Shown here: positions 18,775 to 30,150 of the stretch, one piece after another
Numbering within the stretch: the stretch's first letter is position 1
How the letters are laid out: the number at the start of each line of letters is the position of its first letter
Origin: Nitrospirota bacterium
GTDB taxonomy: Bacteria > Nitrospirota > UBA9217
Assembly: GCA_035623825.1 (NCBI GenBank)
Contig: DASPSR010000065.1
Coordinates: 17,224-81,223 of the forward strand
Length of the DNA: 64,000 nt
Direction: 5' to 3'
Position numbers and translations under genes: made by a program
Notes under the pieces: model-generated
What the model was told of the DNA's origin: nothing
Seen by the model: only the letters and a program-made list of their open reading frames with translations
Databases searched by the model: none

Positions 18775-19674
18775 CTAACCCACAGTTGCACAGTTTCTGC
18801 CGGCATCCTTGCTCTCATACATGAGCTGGTCGACCCTTTTGAGGATTGACGCTATGTCGTCATCCCTGCGGGCAATCGTCGCGCCGAGGGAAATGGTCAC
18901 GCGGAGGCCCGGCACGGCAGGAATGCTCGATTCTTCGACGAGCGCACGGAACCGGTTTGCTGTTGCCAAAAGCTCTTCTCCGCCGACGTTTGCGATCACT
19001 GCGATAAATTCCTCGCCGCCCCAGCGGCCTACAACATCGAAGGAACGCACGCTGTTCTGGAGCGTTTTTGAGACCATTTTCAACACCTCATCGCCGGTAT
19101 CATGCCCGAATCGGTCATTGACATCCTTAAACCGGTCAATATCGATGAATATAACGCCAAAAGCCCAGTTATACCGGTCGAGTTCCTCGAAACGGCTGTT
19201 CAAGGTAATCTCAGCATAGCGCCGGTTTGCCAGGCCGGTGAGTGGATCGATATATGCCAGCTGCTCGAACTCCGCGACCCTCTCAAGCGCCGCAACGGCG
19301 GGCGTGTTGTCGCTAAAGATCTCGACACCTCCTACTATCTCACCGTGATCGTCGCTTATCGGGGCGACGCGGACGGTTATGGGTACGCGGTGCCCGTCTT
19401 TGTGATGAAGAAAGACTTTTGTGCTCCGCTCGGCACCGTCGGCGATGGTGTCCGCCAGCGGACATCCTCCCCTACACAGGACGTTGCCCTCATTATCGAC
19501 ATGCATGAGGATAGCGTCGGAGCACCGCTTGCCGACCACCTCGGCGCTCGCATACCCCGTGATCCTCTCGGCACCCCGGTTCCAGTAGGTAATCCTCCGG
19601 TCCCTGTCCACGAAATACACGCCGTCATACAGGTTGTCGAGGAGCGTTTTGTAGAAGCCGTCGTCAGCCTTCAT
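18775..19674 (-). CDS. PAS-GGDEF diguanylate cyclase
   Basis: PAS domain, DPLTGLANRR, DIDRFKDVNDRFGH, RSFD I-site, RWGGEEF active site. Confidence 0.93.
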   Translation of the reverse strand: MKADDGFYKTLLDNLYDGVYFVDRDRRITYWNRGAERITGYASAEVVGKRCSDAILMHVDNEGNVLCRGGCPLADTIADGAERSTKVFLHHKDGHRVPITVRVAPISDDHGEIVGGVEIFSDNTPAVAALERVAEFEQLAYIDPLTGLANRRYAEITLNSRFEELDRYNWAFGVIFIDIDRFKDVNDRFGHDTGDEVLKMVSKTLQNSVRSFDVVGRWGGEEFIAVIANVGGEELLATANRFRALVEESSIPAVPGLRVTISLGATIARRDDDIASILKRVDQLMYESKDAGRNCATVG

Positions 19675-19888
19675 GGCGAATACCCTCGAGTTCGCTCAAG
19701 ATCCGTTCCACTTTATCCCTGATATGCATACTCTTCCCATGGAAGAGCTCCATCTTCTGCGCCTCATGCCGTGCGTGCGCGAGCTCCCGTTCGAGCTCTC
19801 TGACGCGCCTGGCGAGCGTCCGGTTCTCATTCATAATGGTCTGCACCCGTTTTTCCACCTCGGCAAATCTGGCTTCCAGGTCTTTCAA
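19664..19888 (-). CDS. ZapB-like short coiled-coil cell division protein
   Basis: 74-aa coiled coil LEARFAEVEKRVQ..ENRTL...IRDKVERILSELE; TTG start after GGGGG. Confidence 0.6.
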   Translation of the reverse strand: MKDLEARFAEVEKRVQTIMNENRTLARRVRELERELAHARHEAQKMELFHGKSMHIRDKVERILSELEGIRHEG

Positions 19889-20063
19889 GTTGTCTTTCCC
19901 CCAATAGATCGCGACGAAGATGAGAACCCTGCGCTGCAACCGGAAAGGCCCGGATCGATACGTCCGCGGCCTGGAAGCAACGCGTGCAGGCTTTTAAAAA
20001 AACTTGATACAAGAATGGCAGATTTTCCTTGCTTCCTTTGTCTTTACGGCAAATTCCTGTCCC

Positions 20064-22457
20064 TCACGGCGTCTGCGCCCCGGCGCCGCTGGCCATAGAG
20101 CCCATGCTTTTTTCGAGGCCTGCCGGGGCAAGAGACGTCGTAAGGCTTGTCTTCCCGTAGATCCGCTTGTACTCCGCGTAGTTCCGGAGCACCTTCTTCA
20201 CGTACCCCCTGGTCTCGGAGAAGGGGATGGACTCAACGAACTCATCCCGTTCGGCGCCTTGGCCGTTTCTGCTGAGCCACGATGCTACCGCATCAGGCCC
20301 GGCATTGTATGCCGCGGTGACAGAGAGCACATCTCCCTTGAACCGTTTCATGAGGTAGCCGATGTACCAGGTACCGAGGTTGATTGCTGTGTCTGAGTCA
20401 AAGAGCTTGGCCCGGTCGAATCCCGGCATTCTGATTGCCTCGGCGACCCATTCGCCCGTCGACGGCATAATCTGCATGACGCCCCGTGCGCCGGCCGGAG
20501 ATAGGGCGTCGGCGGAGAACTGGCTTTCCTCCCGGATGATCGCTGCGATGAAGAACGGGTCCTGGCCGTATTTCCGTGAATAGGAAACGATGCTGTCCCA
20601 GTAGCCCTGGGGATAGGCGAGCAGCCAGAAGTCCTGGGGCGTTTCCCGTGCTTCTCCGTCTAGATAGCGCTCATAGTTGCGCAGCACGAGGATCAAGGAA
20701 CGGTGATAATCCCCGAGCTCGAAGAACGTCTTGCTCAGGCCGAGGAGCACGCGGCGCTTCCTGGGCAGCCCGTCCTGAAGCGACCAGAGCTCGGCAGCCG
20801 CTTCCCTCTTCATGCCGAGATACATGAGATCCAACGATTTTTCGAACAACGGTTCAGTAGACAGCGTCTTCAACGCCTCTGCGGTCCAGACCGGCGGACC
20901 GGCCGTGTCTTGCTGATCCGGTGCGGCGGCATCGGGATATTCCGGGACATCATTCGCTTCGACATCCGCGGAATCCGCGGCGGCAAGAACCGCGAGATCG
21001 GCATTTAGAAGCCGTTCGGACGCGCGGTACCCGTAGTAGGTATATGGGGCCCTCTTGACGACTTTTCCGAAATACATTGCCGCCCGCGAGGCATTTCCCC
21101 GCTTTTCCGCCGCCCTACCCTGCCAGTAGCGCGCCTGGTTCACGAGGAATGACCGGGGATACCGGGTGACTAGTTCCTGGAGGGTTTGCTCGGTCCTCTT
21201 GTAATCCCCCGCAGTGTAGAATGCCCACGCCTTCCACCATATCGCGCTGTCGGCAAATTTGCTTTCGGGATATTCCGCCGCGAGACGCTCGTAGAACGTC
21301 AGTGCCTTTTTCATGTCGTTCGCTTCACGATACATGTTTCCGAGGAGGAAGAGCGCGTCATCGGCCCACTCGCTTTCGCGGTAAGACTCGAGAATTTTTT
21401 GAAATGCCTTGACGCCTTTCTCACGATCGCCGAGCCTGCCGTACGACTTCCCGGTCCAGTACAGTGCTTCGGGAACCCGATGGTCATGGGGATGATCCTG
21501 CACCATTTTTTCGAGCGTGGCTGTGGCCTCCGAACTCCTGCCGAGATTGAACTGGGCTATGCCGGTCCGGAACAAGACATCGGCTCTATTCGGATACGCG
21601 GGGTCCATCGCCAAAACCCTCGTGAACGTTTCGATCGCCTTTGCCTGCTGGTTAGTCCTGAAGAGATTTTTCCCCCGTTCGTACAGCTCATCAGAGGCGA
21701 TCTCCGGGACTTCGACGCCTCCCGCCCTGAGTTCGGCAAGCGCCTTTTCGACCTCCTGGTCAGCGGGGTCCCCGGGGTATCTTATCCAGACGTCCTGGTA
21801 TGCACGGACGGCACGGGCGAGGTCGGCTTCCGCCGTCAGTGCCCTGCCGAGGCCGATGCCGGAGTCAGGGCAAAATTCGGAGTCCGGATTGTCCCTGAGA
21901 AATTTTTCAAAAGACTCGGCTGCTGCAGCGTATGCATAGGATTCGAGAAGGGCGAGGGCCTGCCTGTACGAAGAACGAACTGTCAGATTGCTTTCCGGAT
22001 AGCGCTCCGCCATGTGCTGATAAAGTGCAGCCGCTTCGGTATACCGCGCCTTGGCAAAATGGTAGTCTGCCAGGATCGAGACGGCATAGTCGCCCAATTC
22101 AGGATACTCGGACTGGACACGGAGCATTGCTGCATCGGCTTCGGAGGGCCTGTCCATCTGGATGAGCGCCTGCTCGGCGAGAAACAGCGACCGCTTATAC
22201 CAGGGAGTGCCCGGGTACTCATCGGTCAACTGCCGTGAGATGGAAAACGCGTCACCCCACCTTCCCGCCTTGTACGCATCGACAGCTGACCTCAGTCCTT
22301 GTTCGGGATCGGTCATTGATGAAGAAGTGGTGAATTCCGGCGAGGGACGGGGTGTGGCGACATCGGCAGTATTCAGGAGGGGGGTCGCTTTTTTGGCAGC
22401 ACAGGCTGTCAAAGAGACGATCACGAACACCAGGAGGATCTTTCTTGATAAGTGCAT
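20064..22457 (-). CDS. TPR-repeat lipoprotein with C-terminal SLT lytic transglycosylase domain
   Basis: Lipobox LTAC, many TPRs, IIREESQF, GARGVMQIMP, AAYNAG, IPFSETRGYVKKV. Confidence 0.9.
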   Translation of the reverse strand: MHLSRKILLVFVIVSLTACAAKKATPLLNTADVATPRPSPEFTTSSSMTDPEQGLRSAVDAYKAGRWGDAFSISRQLTDEYPGTPWYKRSLFLAEQALIQMDRPSEADAAMLRVQSEYPELGDYAVSILADYHFAKARYTEAAALYQHMAERYPESNLTVRSSYRQALALLESYAYAAAAESFEKFLRDNPDSEFCPDSGIGLGRALTAEADLARAVRAYQDVWIRYPGDPADQEVEKALAELRAGGVEVPEIASDELYERGKNLFRTNQQAKAIETFTRVLAMDPAYPNRADVLFRTGIAQFNLGRSSEATATLEKMVQDHPHDHRVPEALYWTGKSYGRLGDREKGVKAFQKILESYRESEWADDALFLLGNMYREANDMKKALTFYERLAAEYPESKFADSAIWWKAWAFYTAGDYKRTEQTLQELVTRYPRSFLVNQARYWQGRAAEKRGNASRAAMYFGKVVKRAPYTYYGYRASERLLNADLAVLAAADSADVEANDVPEYPDAAAPDQQDTAGPPVWTAEALKTLSTEPLFEKSLDLMYLGMKREAAAELWSLQDGLPRKRRVLLGLSKTFFELGDYHRSLILVLRNYERYLDGEARETPQDFWLLAYPQGYWDSIVSYSRKYGQDPFFIAAIIREESQFSADALSPAGARGVMQIMPSTGEWVAEAIRMPGFDRAKLFDSDTAINLGTWYIGYLMKRFKGDVLSVTAAYNAGPDAVASWLSRNGQGAERDEFVESIPFSETRGYVKKVLRNYAEYKRIYGKTSLTTSLAPAGLEKSMGSMASGAGAQTP

Positions 22458-22612
22458 GCGCCTTCCCGTTACGGATGGTGTGCATCGTTGTACGGTGATC
22501 TGTACTTTTACATAATATAGGGAGCAGCTTGGCCTGTCAATAGGAGTTCTTGATGGAAAGCACCGCCCTGTCCGTAAGAATACCAGCCCTGTTCAAGCTT
22601 CAGCTGAAGATT

Positions 22613-23308
22613 TCATGTGCGGCTCAGAAAGCGGGGAAGCTGTTTTCGAGCAGTCGTGAGACGGAGGTAAAAGCGTTCCTCAGGCGAGGTCGCAGTCCCG
22701 GAATTTTCAACGGAAGGTGGCGTGTCCGGGCTGTACACCAGCATGTGGAACGCAATGGAGGTGACGGGCTTGTCGGGAAGCGGCTGCAGCTCCACTTCAT
22801 TCACGAACTCGACCCATCGGTCGGCCATCCTGATATAGACGTCTGTGTCCTGATCCCGGAGATAATCTGCGACGGTTTTTGCAGGTGCGGGAACGAGTCC
22901 TATGCAGACATTGCACTCGGGCAGAACGATATGTGATCGTCCGTTGTCAAATACCCTGCCGAGCGGGAAAAGCCGGCACGCGAGAGGCCGGGCACGATAG
23001 ATGCGGCACCCCGTCTCGGTCCAGAAGTGACAGGCAGGATCGCGCGGCAGCATCACGAGCGGGAATCCGTTCAGGCGGTCCGTTTCGACAACGTCGAGCA
23101 GATCTTCGTAGGTCATATCGCTTTCCCGGCAGATCAGAGCGATTTCGTAGGGATTGAGCACAATCGGCGCACCCGACCTGCAGCAGTTTGAGCTGCATCC
23201 GCCGCTCCCGCACGACAGCTGCAGGGGATCGGTTTGCGAGAGTTGCCGGGCATCGGCTCCGCCCACGCGTATGGAAGTGGATAAATGGTTCGGCATCGGC
23301 AATCTCAT
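22613..23308 (-). CDS. YkgJ-family cysteine cluster (putative Zn/Fe-chelating) protein
   Basis: C..GCSSNCC, CHFWTETGCRIYRARPLACRLFP, CIG. Confidence 0.85.
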   Translation of the reverse strand: MRLPMPNHLSTSIRVGGADARQLSQTDPLQLSCGSGGCSSNCCRSGAPIVLNPYEIALICRESDMTYEDLLDVVETDRLNGFPLVMLPRDPACHFWTETGCRIYRARPLACRLFPLGRVFDNGRSHIVLPECNVCIGLVPAPAKTVADYLRDQDTDVYIRMADRWVEFVNEVELQPLPDKPVTSIAFHMLVYSPDTPPSVENSGTATSPEERFYLRLTTARKQLPRFLSRT

Positions 23309-23453
23309 GATTCAGACAAGCTGGGCGCAGGTGTATGCAGCATGTCAGCGGTCAACCCTCGGTGGTTTGATTCCAGATAAAGCCATTTGCTTGAGATTCT
23401 AATCCGCGTATCCTGCGCTCCCCGGGTCCTGTGAGGTTCTTGCTTTTCTCTTT

Positions 23454-24359
23454 TTACTTCGAAATCAGCCTTCCACCCGCCTTGGCCTGCCACACCACGA
23501 GGATAGGGCTGGCCACGAACACCGACGAGTAGGTGCCGACGATCACCCCCATGAGGAGCGCGACGGAGAAGTCATGCAGCACGTCGCCGCCGAAGATCAC
23601 GAGCGGGATGAGCACGAGCACCACGGTGAGAGACGTGATGATTGTCCTCGAGAGCACCTCATTGATGCTGCTGTTCACGAGCTTGGGCAGTGGATCGCGA
23701 CGGTTGCGTTTGAGGTTCTCCCGGATCCGGTCGAATACCACGACGGTATCGGTGAGCGAATACCCTGCGAGCGTGAGCAGCGCCGTAATGATCAGCAGGG
23801 TGATTTCCTTGTGCAGGACGTAAAAGATGCCCAGCACCGCCAGAACGTCGTGGATCGTGGCAATGGCAGCGGCCACTCCGAACTTGAACTCGAACCGGAG
23901 GGCGATATAGACGATGATCGCGGCGAGCGAGACCGATATCGCCACAAGCGCATCACGCTGGAGCGCCTTCCCGATCACCGGACCTATCTCCACGATGCTA
24001 TCCACCTCGAAGGGATTGCTCGGGAACTCCTGTCTGAACAGGGTCTGGACCTTGTCCGACGTGCCCTCGGACTCCCGGAGCCTGATCAGGATCTTGTTCC
24101 CTTCGCCAACTTCCTGAATCGTCGCGCCCTGGAAGCCGTTTTTATCAAGCGCAGCCCGCGCCTTGTCGATAGGCACATGCTCTTTGAAGTTGAGCTGCAC
24201 CGTCGTGCCGCCCACGAAGTCGATGCCGAGGTTCGCCTTGGCCCGGCTGATCTGTACCATGCCCACGATCCCGAGCGTGATGAGAAGCGCGGACACGGTA
24301 AAAGAGATATTTTTCCACCCCATGAAATCGATGTTGGTTTTATGCAAGATCTGAAGCAT
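23454..24359 (-). CDS. secF: Protein translocase subunit SecF
   Basis: LGIDFVGGT, IHDV, GYSLTDTVVVFDRIRE, GTYSSVFVA; start at MLQIL with GGAGG RBS. Confidence 0.96.
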   Translation of the reverse strand: MLQILHKTNIDFMGWKNISFTVSALLITLGIVGMVQISRAKANLGIDFVGGTTVQLNFKEHVPIDKARAALDKNGFQGATIQEVGEGNKILIRLRESEGTSDKVQTLFRQEFPSNPFEVDSIVEIGPVIGKALQRDALVAISVSLAAIIVYIALRFEFKFGVAAAIATIHDVLAVLGIFYVLHKEITLLIITALLTLAGYSLTDTVVVFDRIRENLKRNRRDPLPKLVNSSINEVLSRTIITSLTVVLVLIPLVIFGGDVLHDFSVALLMGVIVGTYSSVFVASPILVVWQAKAGGRLISK

Positions 24360-24504
24360 TTCGTCCTCCAGAGGAATTGATCGTCGCTCCCGTGAGAGCG
24401 GGCATCCAGTAGTGAGGTATCTTGGACGCACGCTCTCAAAGGATGACGTCTCTATTTTTAAAAATGTGCGAAACCCGGCATCGCCGCATAGTTCGGCGCC
24501 GTCA

Positions 24505-26079
24505 CTATATGCTCAGCTTCTCCAGTTTCCATTTTGCATTGATGATGTCGAATATCACCTTGGTGCCCACGAGGGCGGAATAGAGGTTGATGATAATGCC
24601 GAGGCTGAGCGAAACGGCGAATCCCTTGATTGGTCCCGTGCCAAACAGGAACAGGGCCGCTGCGGTGATGAGCGTGGTCACGTGCGAGTCGAGGATCGTC
24701 AGGAACGCCTTGTCGTATCCGGAATCAACCGCCGGCCTCGGCTGCTTGCCGGCGCGGATCTCCTCCCGGATACGCTCGAACATCAGCACGTTCGAATCCA
24801 CACCCATTCCGATGGTAAGGATGATGCCCGCGATGCCCGGTAGCGTGAGCGTGGCGTTCAGGAGCGCCATCGCCCCCAGCAGCAGGACCAGGTTTAAGAT
24901 AATGGCGTAGTCCGCGATCAATCCCGCCATGCGGTAGTAGACGGCCATGAAGATTATCACGACGATGCCGCCGATCAATGCGGACCGGACCCCCATAGTG
25001 ATGGAGTCCTGTCCAAGCGAGGGACCGACGGTCACGTTCTGCACGATCTTGACCGGGGCCGGCAGCGATTCACGCAGCACGATGGCGAGCTTCGAGGCCT
25101 CGTCATGTGTGAAGTTCCCGGTTATCTGGGCGTTGCCGCCGCTGATCCGATCCTGTATCCTCGGCGCCGAATGGACAACGCCGTCGAGCACGATGGCAAG
25201 CTGCCTTCCGACGTTCTCGCCGGTGATCCGGTCGAAGATCTTGGCGCCTTCGCCGTCGAATGAGATATTCACATCCGGCTTGTTGTACTGGTCGATCCCA
25301 ACCTTGGCTTCCTTCAGCCGGTCGCCGGTCAGGAGTGTTTTCTTATAGAGGAGAATCGGCTGCTTTACGATCTTGCCGACCTCATTTTCACGCTCTTCAT
25401 AGAGGATTTCCGTCCCTTCCGGCAAATCGCCCGCGAGTGCCTTTTGGAAATCGTTTGGGTCGGAGTCTAGAAGCTTGAACTCGAGCCTCCCCGCGGTCTT
25501 GATGAACGAAATGGCCTCCTGCGGGTTCTTCACGCCCGGGAGCTGGAGCGCGATCTGGTCCTGCTCCTGTTTGTAGATGGCGGGCTCTGCCACGCCGTAC
25601 TTGTCCACCCTCCGGCGGGTCCGCTCAAGGGCCTGGGTCACGGCCCAATCCTTGAGGCGCTTCACCTCGGAAGGCTTGAGACTGTAAACGAGCTCTCCTT
25701 TCGCTCTCGATTTGAGATCGAGAATAGTGTAGCTTTCCTTGACCAGTTTTTCCGCCTTTTCTTCAAGGGGCTCCGCGAACTTTGCGGTGATGTCCTGCCC
25801 CGTTCGGCTGAACGTCACCGCAACCCCCTGCGACGCTGCCGTGGTCTGGAGGTCCGCAATGATGTTGTCCGCCGATGATTCTACCGCCTTGTCGGTCTCC
25901 ACCTGCATCACGATATGGCTGCCTCCCCTGAGGTCGAGCCCGAGCGAGATCTTGGGCACGCTCTGGTGCCACCACTCCGGCAGCTTCGCCGTGAGCGGAG
26001 TGGATGGGAGGAACAAAAACAGCGCGATCAGAACCGAGAGTGCTATAAGCCCCACCCTCCATTGGATGCTCTTTTTCAT
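24505..26079 (-). CDS. secD: Protein translocase subunit SecD
   Basis: LGLDLRGG, VGPSLG, LTLPGIAG, VDSNVLMFERIREE, GPIKGFA. Confidence 0.97.
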   Translation of the reverse strand: MKKSIQWRVGLIALSVLIALFLFLPSTPLTAKLPEWWHQSVPKISLGLDLRGGSHIVMQVETDKAVESSADNIIADLQTTAASQGVAVTFSRTGQDITAKFAEPLEEKAEKLVKESYTILDLKSRAKGELVYSLKPSEVKRLKDWAVTQALERTRRRVDKYGVAEPAIYKQEQDQIALQLPGVKNPQEAISFIKTAGRLEFKLLDSDPNDFQKALAGDLPEGTEILYEERENEVGKIVKQPILLYKKTLLTGDRLKEAKVGIDQYNKPDVNISFDGEGAKIFDRITGENVGRQLAIVLDGVVHSAPRIQDRISGGNAQITGNFTHDEASKLAIVLRESLPAPVKIVQNVTVGPSLGQDSITMGVRSALIGGIVVIIFMAVYYRMAGLIADYAIILNLVLLLGAMALLNATLTLPGIAGIILTIGMGVDSNVLMFERIREEIRAGKQPRPAVDSGYDKAFLTILDSHVTTLITAAALFLFGTGPIKGFAVSLSLGIIINLYSALVGTKVIFDIINAKWKLEKLSI

Positions 26080-26180
26080 AATAGAATCGCCTCCTGCTGA
26101 ATTCCTGAGAAATATTCCGCCTCAAAAACACGAAGGCTCCCTGTAGAACTCGGCGCCCTGGTGCTTTCATGGCTGAGACA

Positions 26181-26516
26181 TCAACTTTCTTTTGCTTTGT
26201 CTTTTTCCGTGAGCACGGCGGCTACCGAACTGCGGGTGATCTTTACCTTCGTGCCTTCGGCGATCTTGACGGCCAGGGTGTCGGGAGTGATGCCTTCAAC
26301 CGTGCCATAGATCCCGCCGGAGGTAATGATCTCGTCACCCTTCTTGAGATCCTCAACCATTTTCTTGTGCTCCTTCATCTTCTTCTGCTGGGGCCGGATA
26401 AGGATGAAGTAGAATATCACAAAGATGATCACCATCATGATGAGGCCCGACGCGCCGCCTCCCTGACCCCCAGCGTCCCCTGGCGCTCCCATTGCATAAG
26501 CCGTTGCAATAAGCAT
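26181..26516 (-). CDS. yajC: Preprotein translocase subunit YajC
   Basis: FYFILIRPQQKK, LKKGDEIITSGGIYG; tgt-yajC-secDF order. Confidence 0.97.
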   Translation of the reverse strand: MLIATAYAMGAPGDAGGQGGGASGLIMMVIIFVIFYFILIRPQQKKMKEHKKMVEDLKKGDEIITSGGIYGTVEGITPDTLAVKIAEGTKVKITRSSVAAVLTEKDKAKES

Positions 26517-26632
26517 ACTGAACCTCCTGGAAAGTAAATTTCAAAGCTCGAAAGCCAAATTTCGAACAAAGAGCAAATGGCAAGACCGACGTCAGCATAT
26601 CGGGAACACGTTCTTTGATCCCTGAACGTCCG

Positions 26633-27748
<1,116 letters not shown>

Positions 27749-27835
27749 TCAGGGGTCCCGGTTTCGGGTTCAGAGTTTCAGTGGCTGCTTTCCCGTCTTC
27801 GCTGGTCACCAGACCCTGCTCCCTGGCCCCTGCCG

Positions 27836-29563
27836 CTACATCCTCTCCGGTGCCGTTACGCCGAGTATCCTGAGCGCGCTCTGGATCACCGTCTTTACCT
27901 GCTTCATGAGAAAGAGCTTGGCGCCGGTCCGGGCAGCATCCTCGGTGATAACGCGGTACTTGAAATAATAATTGTGGAGCAGCCCCGCCAGGTCCTGCAG
28001 GTAGAACGTCAGCCGGTGCGGCTCATACGCAAGCGCAGCCTCCTCGATGACCTCGGGATATTTAGCCAGAGCCTTGATGATGTCCTGCTCTTCCTCGAGG
28101 TCAAGGAGCGATACATCCACGGCTTCCCGCGGCGTGACCGCAATGCCCCGCGATTCAGCCTCCCGGAACAGGCTCGAGAGTCTCGCGTGCGCATATTGCA
28201 CATAGTACACCGGGTTTTCCCGGGACTGTTCCTTCGCCACGTAAAGATCGAAGTCCAGATGGCTGTCGGAGCGGCGTGTCAGGAATATGTAGCGCGCGGC
28301 ATCGCTGCCTACTTCCTGCACCACATCCCGAAGCGTCACAAAGGTCCCGGCCCGCTTGGACATTGGCACGGGCTGGCCGTGCCGGAGGATCGCCACGAGC
28401 TGAACAAGCAGCACATGGAGCGAATCCCTCGGATGACCGAAGGCCTGGATCACCGCCTGCACGCGGGGGATGTAACCGTGGTGGTCCGCGCCCCAGATAT
28501 TCACCAGATGGATGAATCCCCGGGCAAGCTTGTTCCGGTGATAAGCGATGTCCGTGGCAAGATAGGTGTACTCACCGTCCTTCTTGATTATGACCCGGTC
28601 CTTGTCGTCTCCAAAGGCCGTTGACCTGAGCCACAGGGCGCCGTCCTTCTCGTAGGCATAGCCGCGCTCCCTGAGCTCTTCAATAGACCTCTGAACGGAC
28701 CCGTCCGCCAAGAGACTCCTTTCGCTGAACCAGATGTCAAATCGGACGCCGAAGGCTTCCAGATCCTTCTTGATGTCGGCAAGCATCTGGCCAACGCTCC
28801 CGGCAGCAACACGTTCCTCAACAGCCGAGTCCGAAAATTCCAGACTAATCGATGTTGAAGCCCTTGCAGCATCCCCCTCAGGAACAGATCCGACCCCTGC
28901 CTCGCGATTGCCCAGTATCTCTTTTATACCAGCGGAGCGCGATATCTCGTAAATATACTCGCCATGATAACCGTCCTCAGGAAAAGCGACATCAAGCCCC
29001 TGATCCTGCAGATACCTTGCATGCACGGATCTGGCGAGCAACCGCACCTGCCTGCCCGCGTCATTGATGTAGAACTCTCGCTGGACGTCGTAGCCCACCG
29101 CGGCTAGAAGGTTCGCCAGCGCGTCGCCGACGGCCGCGCCGCGTCCGTGGCCAACGTGAAGCGGTCCGGTGGGGTTCGCGCTCACGAACTCCACAAGGAC
29201 CCTCCCCCCCTGGCCGATGTCCGTCAGGCCGTACCGCGCCCCCTCGGCATCGATGTCAAAGAGCGTCTTCTTCCAGCGGTCATGCTTGAAGAAAAAATTG
29301 ATGAATCCCGGGCCGGCGATCTCGGTCTTTTCAAGGATGCCGTCCGGATCTTCAACATTGCTTATAATGATCTCGGCAATCTTCCGCGGAGGTTTGGACT
29401 CGGGTTTCGCCAGGATCATGGCGAGCGTTGTGGCAAGGTCGCCGTGGCTTTTTTCCCTCGGTGTATCGAGCGTGATTGCCGGCTGCGTATCGAGCTTCAG
29501 TTCACCCTTTTCTTTGGCCCGGATGAGGGCATGGAGCAAGATTTCCGTCAAGGTTTGTTTCAT
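27836..29563 (-). CDS. argS: Arginine--tRNA ligase
   Basis: VEFVSANPTGPLHVGHGR, WGADHHGY, MSKRAG, NPVYYVQYAHAR. Confidence 0.98.
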   Translation of the reverse strand: MKQTLTEILLHALIRAKEKGELKLDTQPAITLDTPREKSHGDLATTLAMILAKPESKPPRKIAEIIISNVEDPDGILEKTEIAGPGFINFFFKHDRWKKTLFDIDAEGARYGLTDIGQGGRVLVEFVSANPTGPLHVGHGRGAAVGDALANLLAAVGYDVQREFYINDAGRQVRLLARSVHARYLQDQGLDVAFPEDGYHGEYIYEISRSAGIKEILGNREAGVGSVPEGDAARASTSISLEFSDSAVEERVAAGSVGQMLADIKKDLEAFGVRFDIWFSERSLLADGSVQRSIEELRERGYAYEKDGALWLRSTAFGDDKDRVIIKKDGEYTYLATDIAYHRNKLARGFIHLVNIWGADHHGYIPRVQAVIQAFGHPRDSLHVLLVQLVAILRHGQPVPMSKRAGTFVTLRDVVQEVGSDAARYIFLTRRSDSHLDFDLYVAKEQSRENPVYYVQYAHARLSSLFREAESRGIAVTPREAVDVSLLDLEEEQDIIKALAKYPEVIEEAALAYEPHRLTFYLQDLAGLLHNYYFKYRVITEDAARTGAKLFLMKQVKTVIQSALRILGVTAPERM

Positions 29564-29694
29564 TGATTATCGGGATTTTCCCCGCAGTTTACAAGTTTGA
29601 AAGTATATCGCATCCAAGGAAAAAGTCAATAAAATAATCCCTTTACTTACCGTGTGCGGTGTGGTATTTTTAAAGCGATAACTGAGGAGCAGAT

Positions 29695-30150
29695 ATGTGG
29701 GTTCAGATGAACGTCAATACCATTCTGTTCGACAGCAGGAACAGCAGTTATATCGTTGTGCTGAAGGATGAAACGGGCAAAAAGATCCTGCCCATCTGGA
29801 TCGGTGCGGCGGAAGGCAATTCAATAGCGCTGGCCATGAGCAACGTCAAGGCCGCCCGCCCCCTCACCCATGACCTCATCGTCAACGTCTTTGACCGCCT
29901 GGAGATAGAGATTGCCCGCGTTGTCATCAGCGATCTGATCGACAACACCTTCTACGCCTCCCTCTATCTTCTCCAGAACAGCAAGGAATTCCACATAGAC
30001 TCGAGGCCAAGCGACGCCATAGCAATAGCCATACGCATCGGCGCGCCCGTGTTCGTGGAAGAAGAAGTGCTTGCCAAGCAGGACCAGTCCACCATCGACA
30101 CGTGGATGAAGAACCTTGGCGAAGGCGGCAGCACGGAGTATAATGCATAG
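29695..30150 (+). CDS. Bifunctional nuclease family protein (DUF151)
   Basis: LPIWIGAAE, RPLTHDL, IDSRPSDAIAIA. Confidence 0.92.
   Translation: MWVQMNVNTILFDSRNSSYIVVLKDETGKKILPIWIGAAEGNSIALAMSNVKAARPLTHDLIVNVFDRLEIEIARVVISDLIDNTFYASLYLLQNSKEFHIDSRPSDAIAIAIRIGAPVFVEEEVLAKQDQSTIDTWMKNLGEGGSTEYNA

Noticed and set aside
18775-19674. Hypr GGDEF cGAMP synthase pairing with the GEMM riboswitch
   Set aside because: The specificity residue is the canonical Asp (VNDRFGH), not Ser/Thr
19925-20063. 6S RNA or SRP RNA beside the zapB-like gene
   Set aside because: Too short for 6S and lacks the SRP CAGG...GGAAGGAAGCAG core; kept only as an unassigned hairpin
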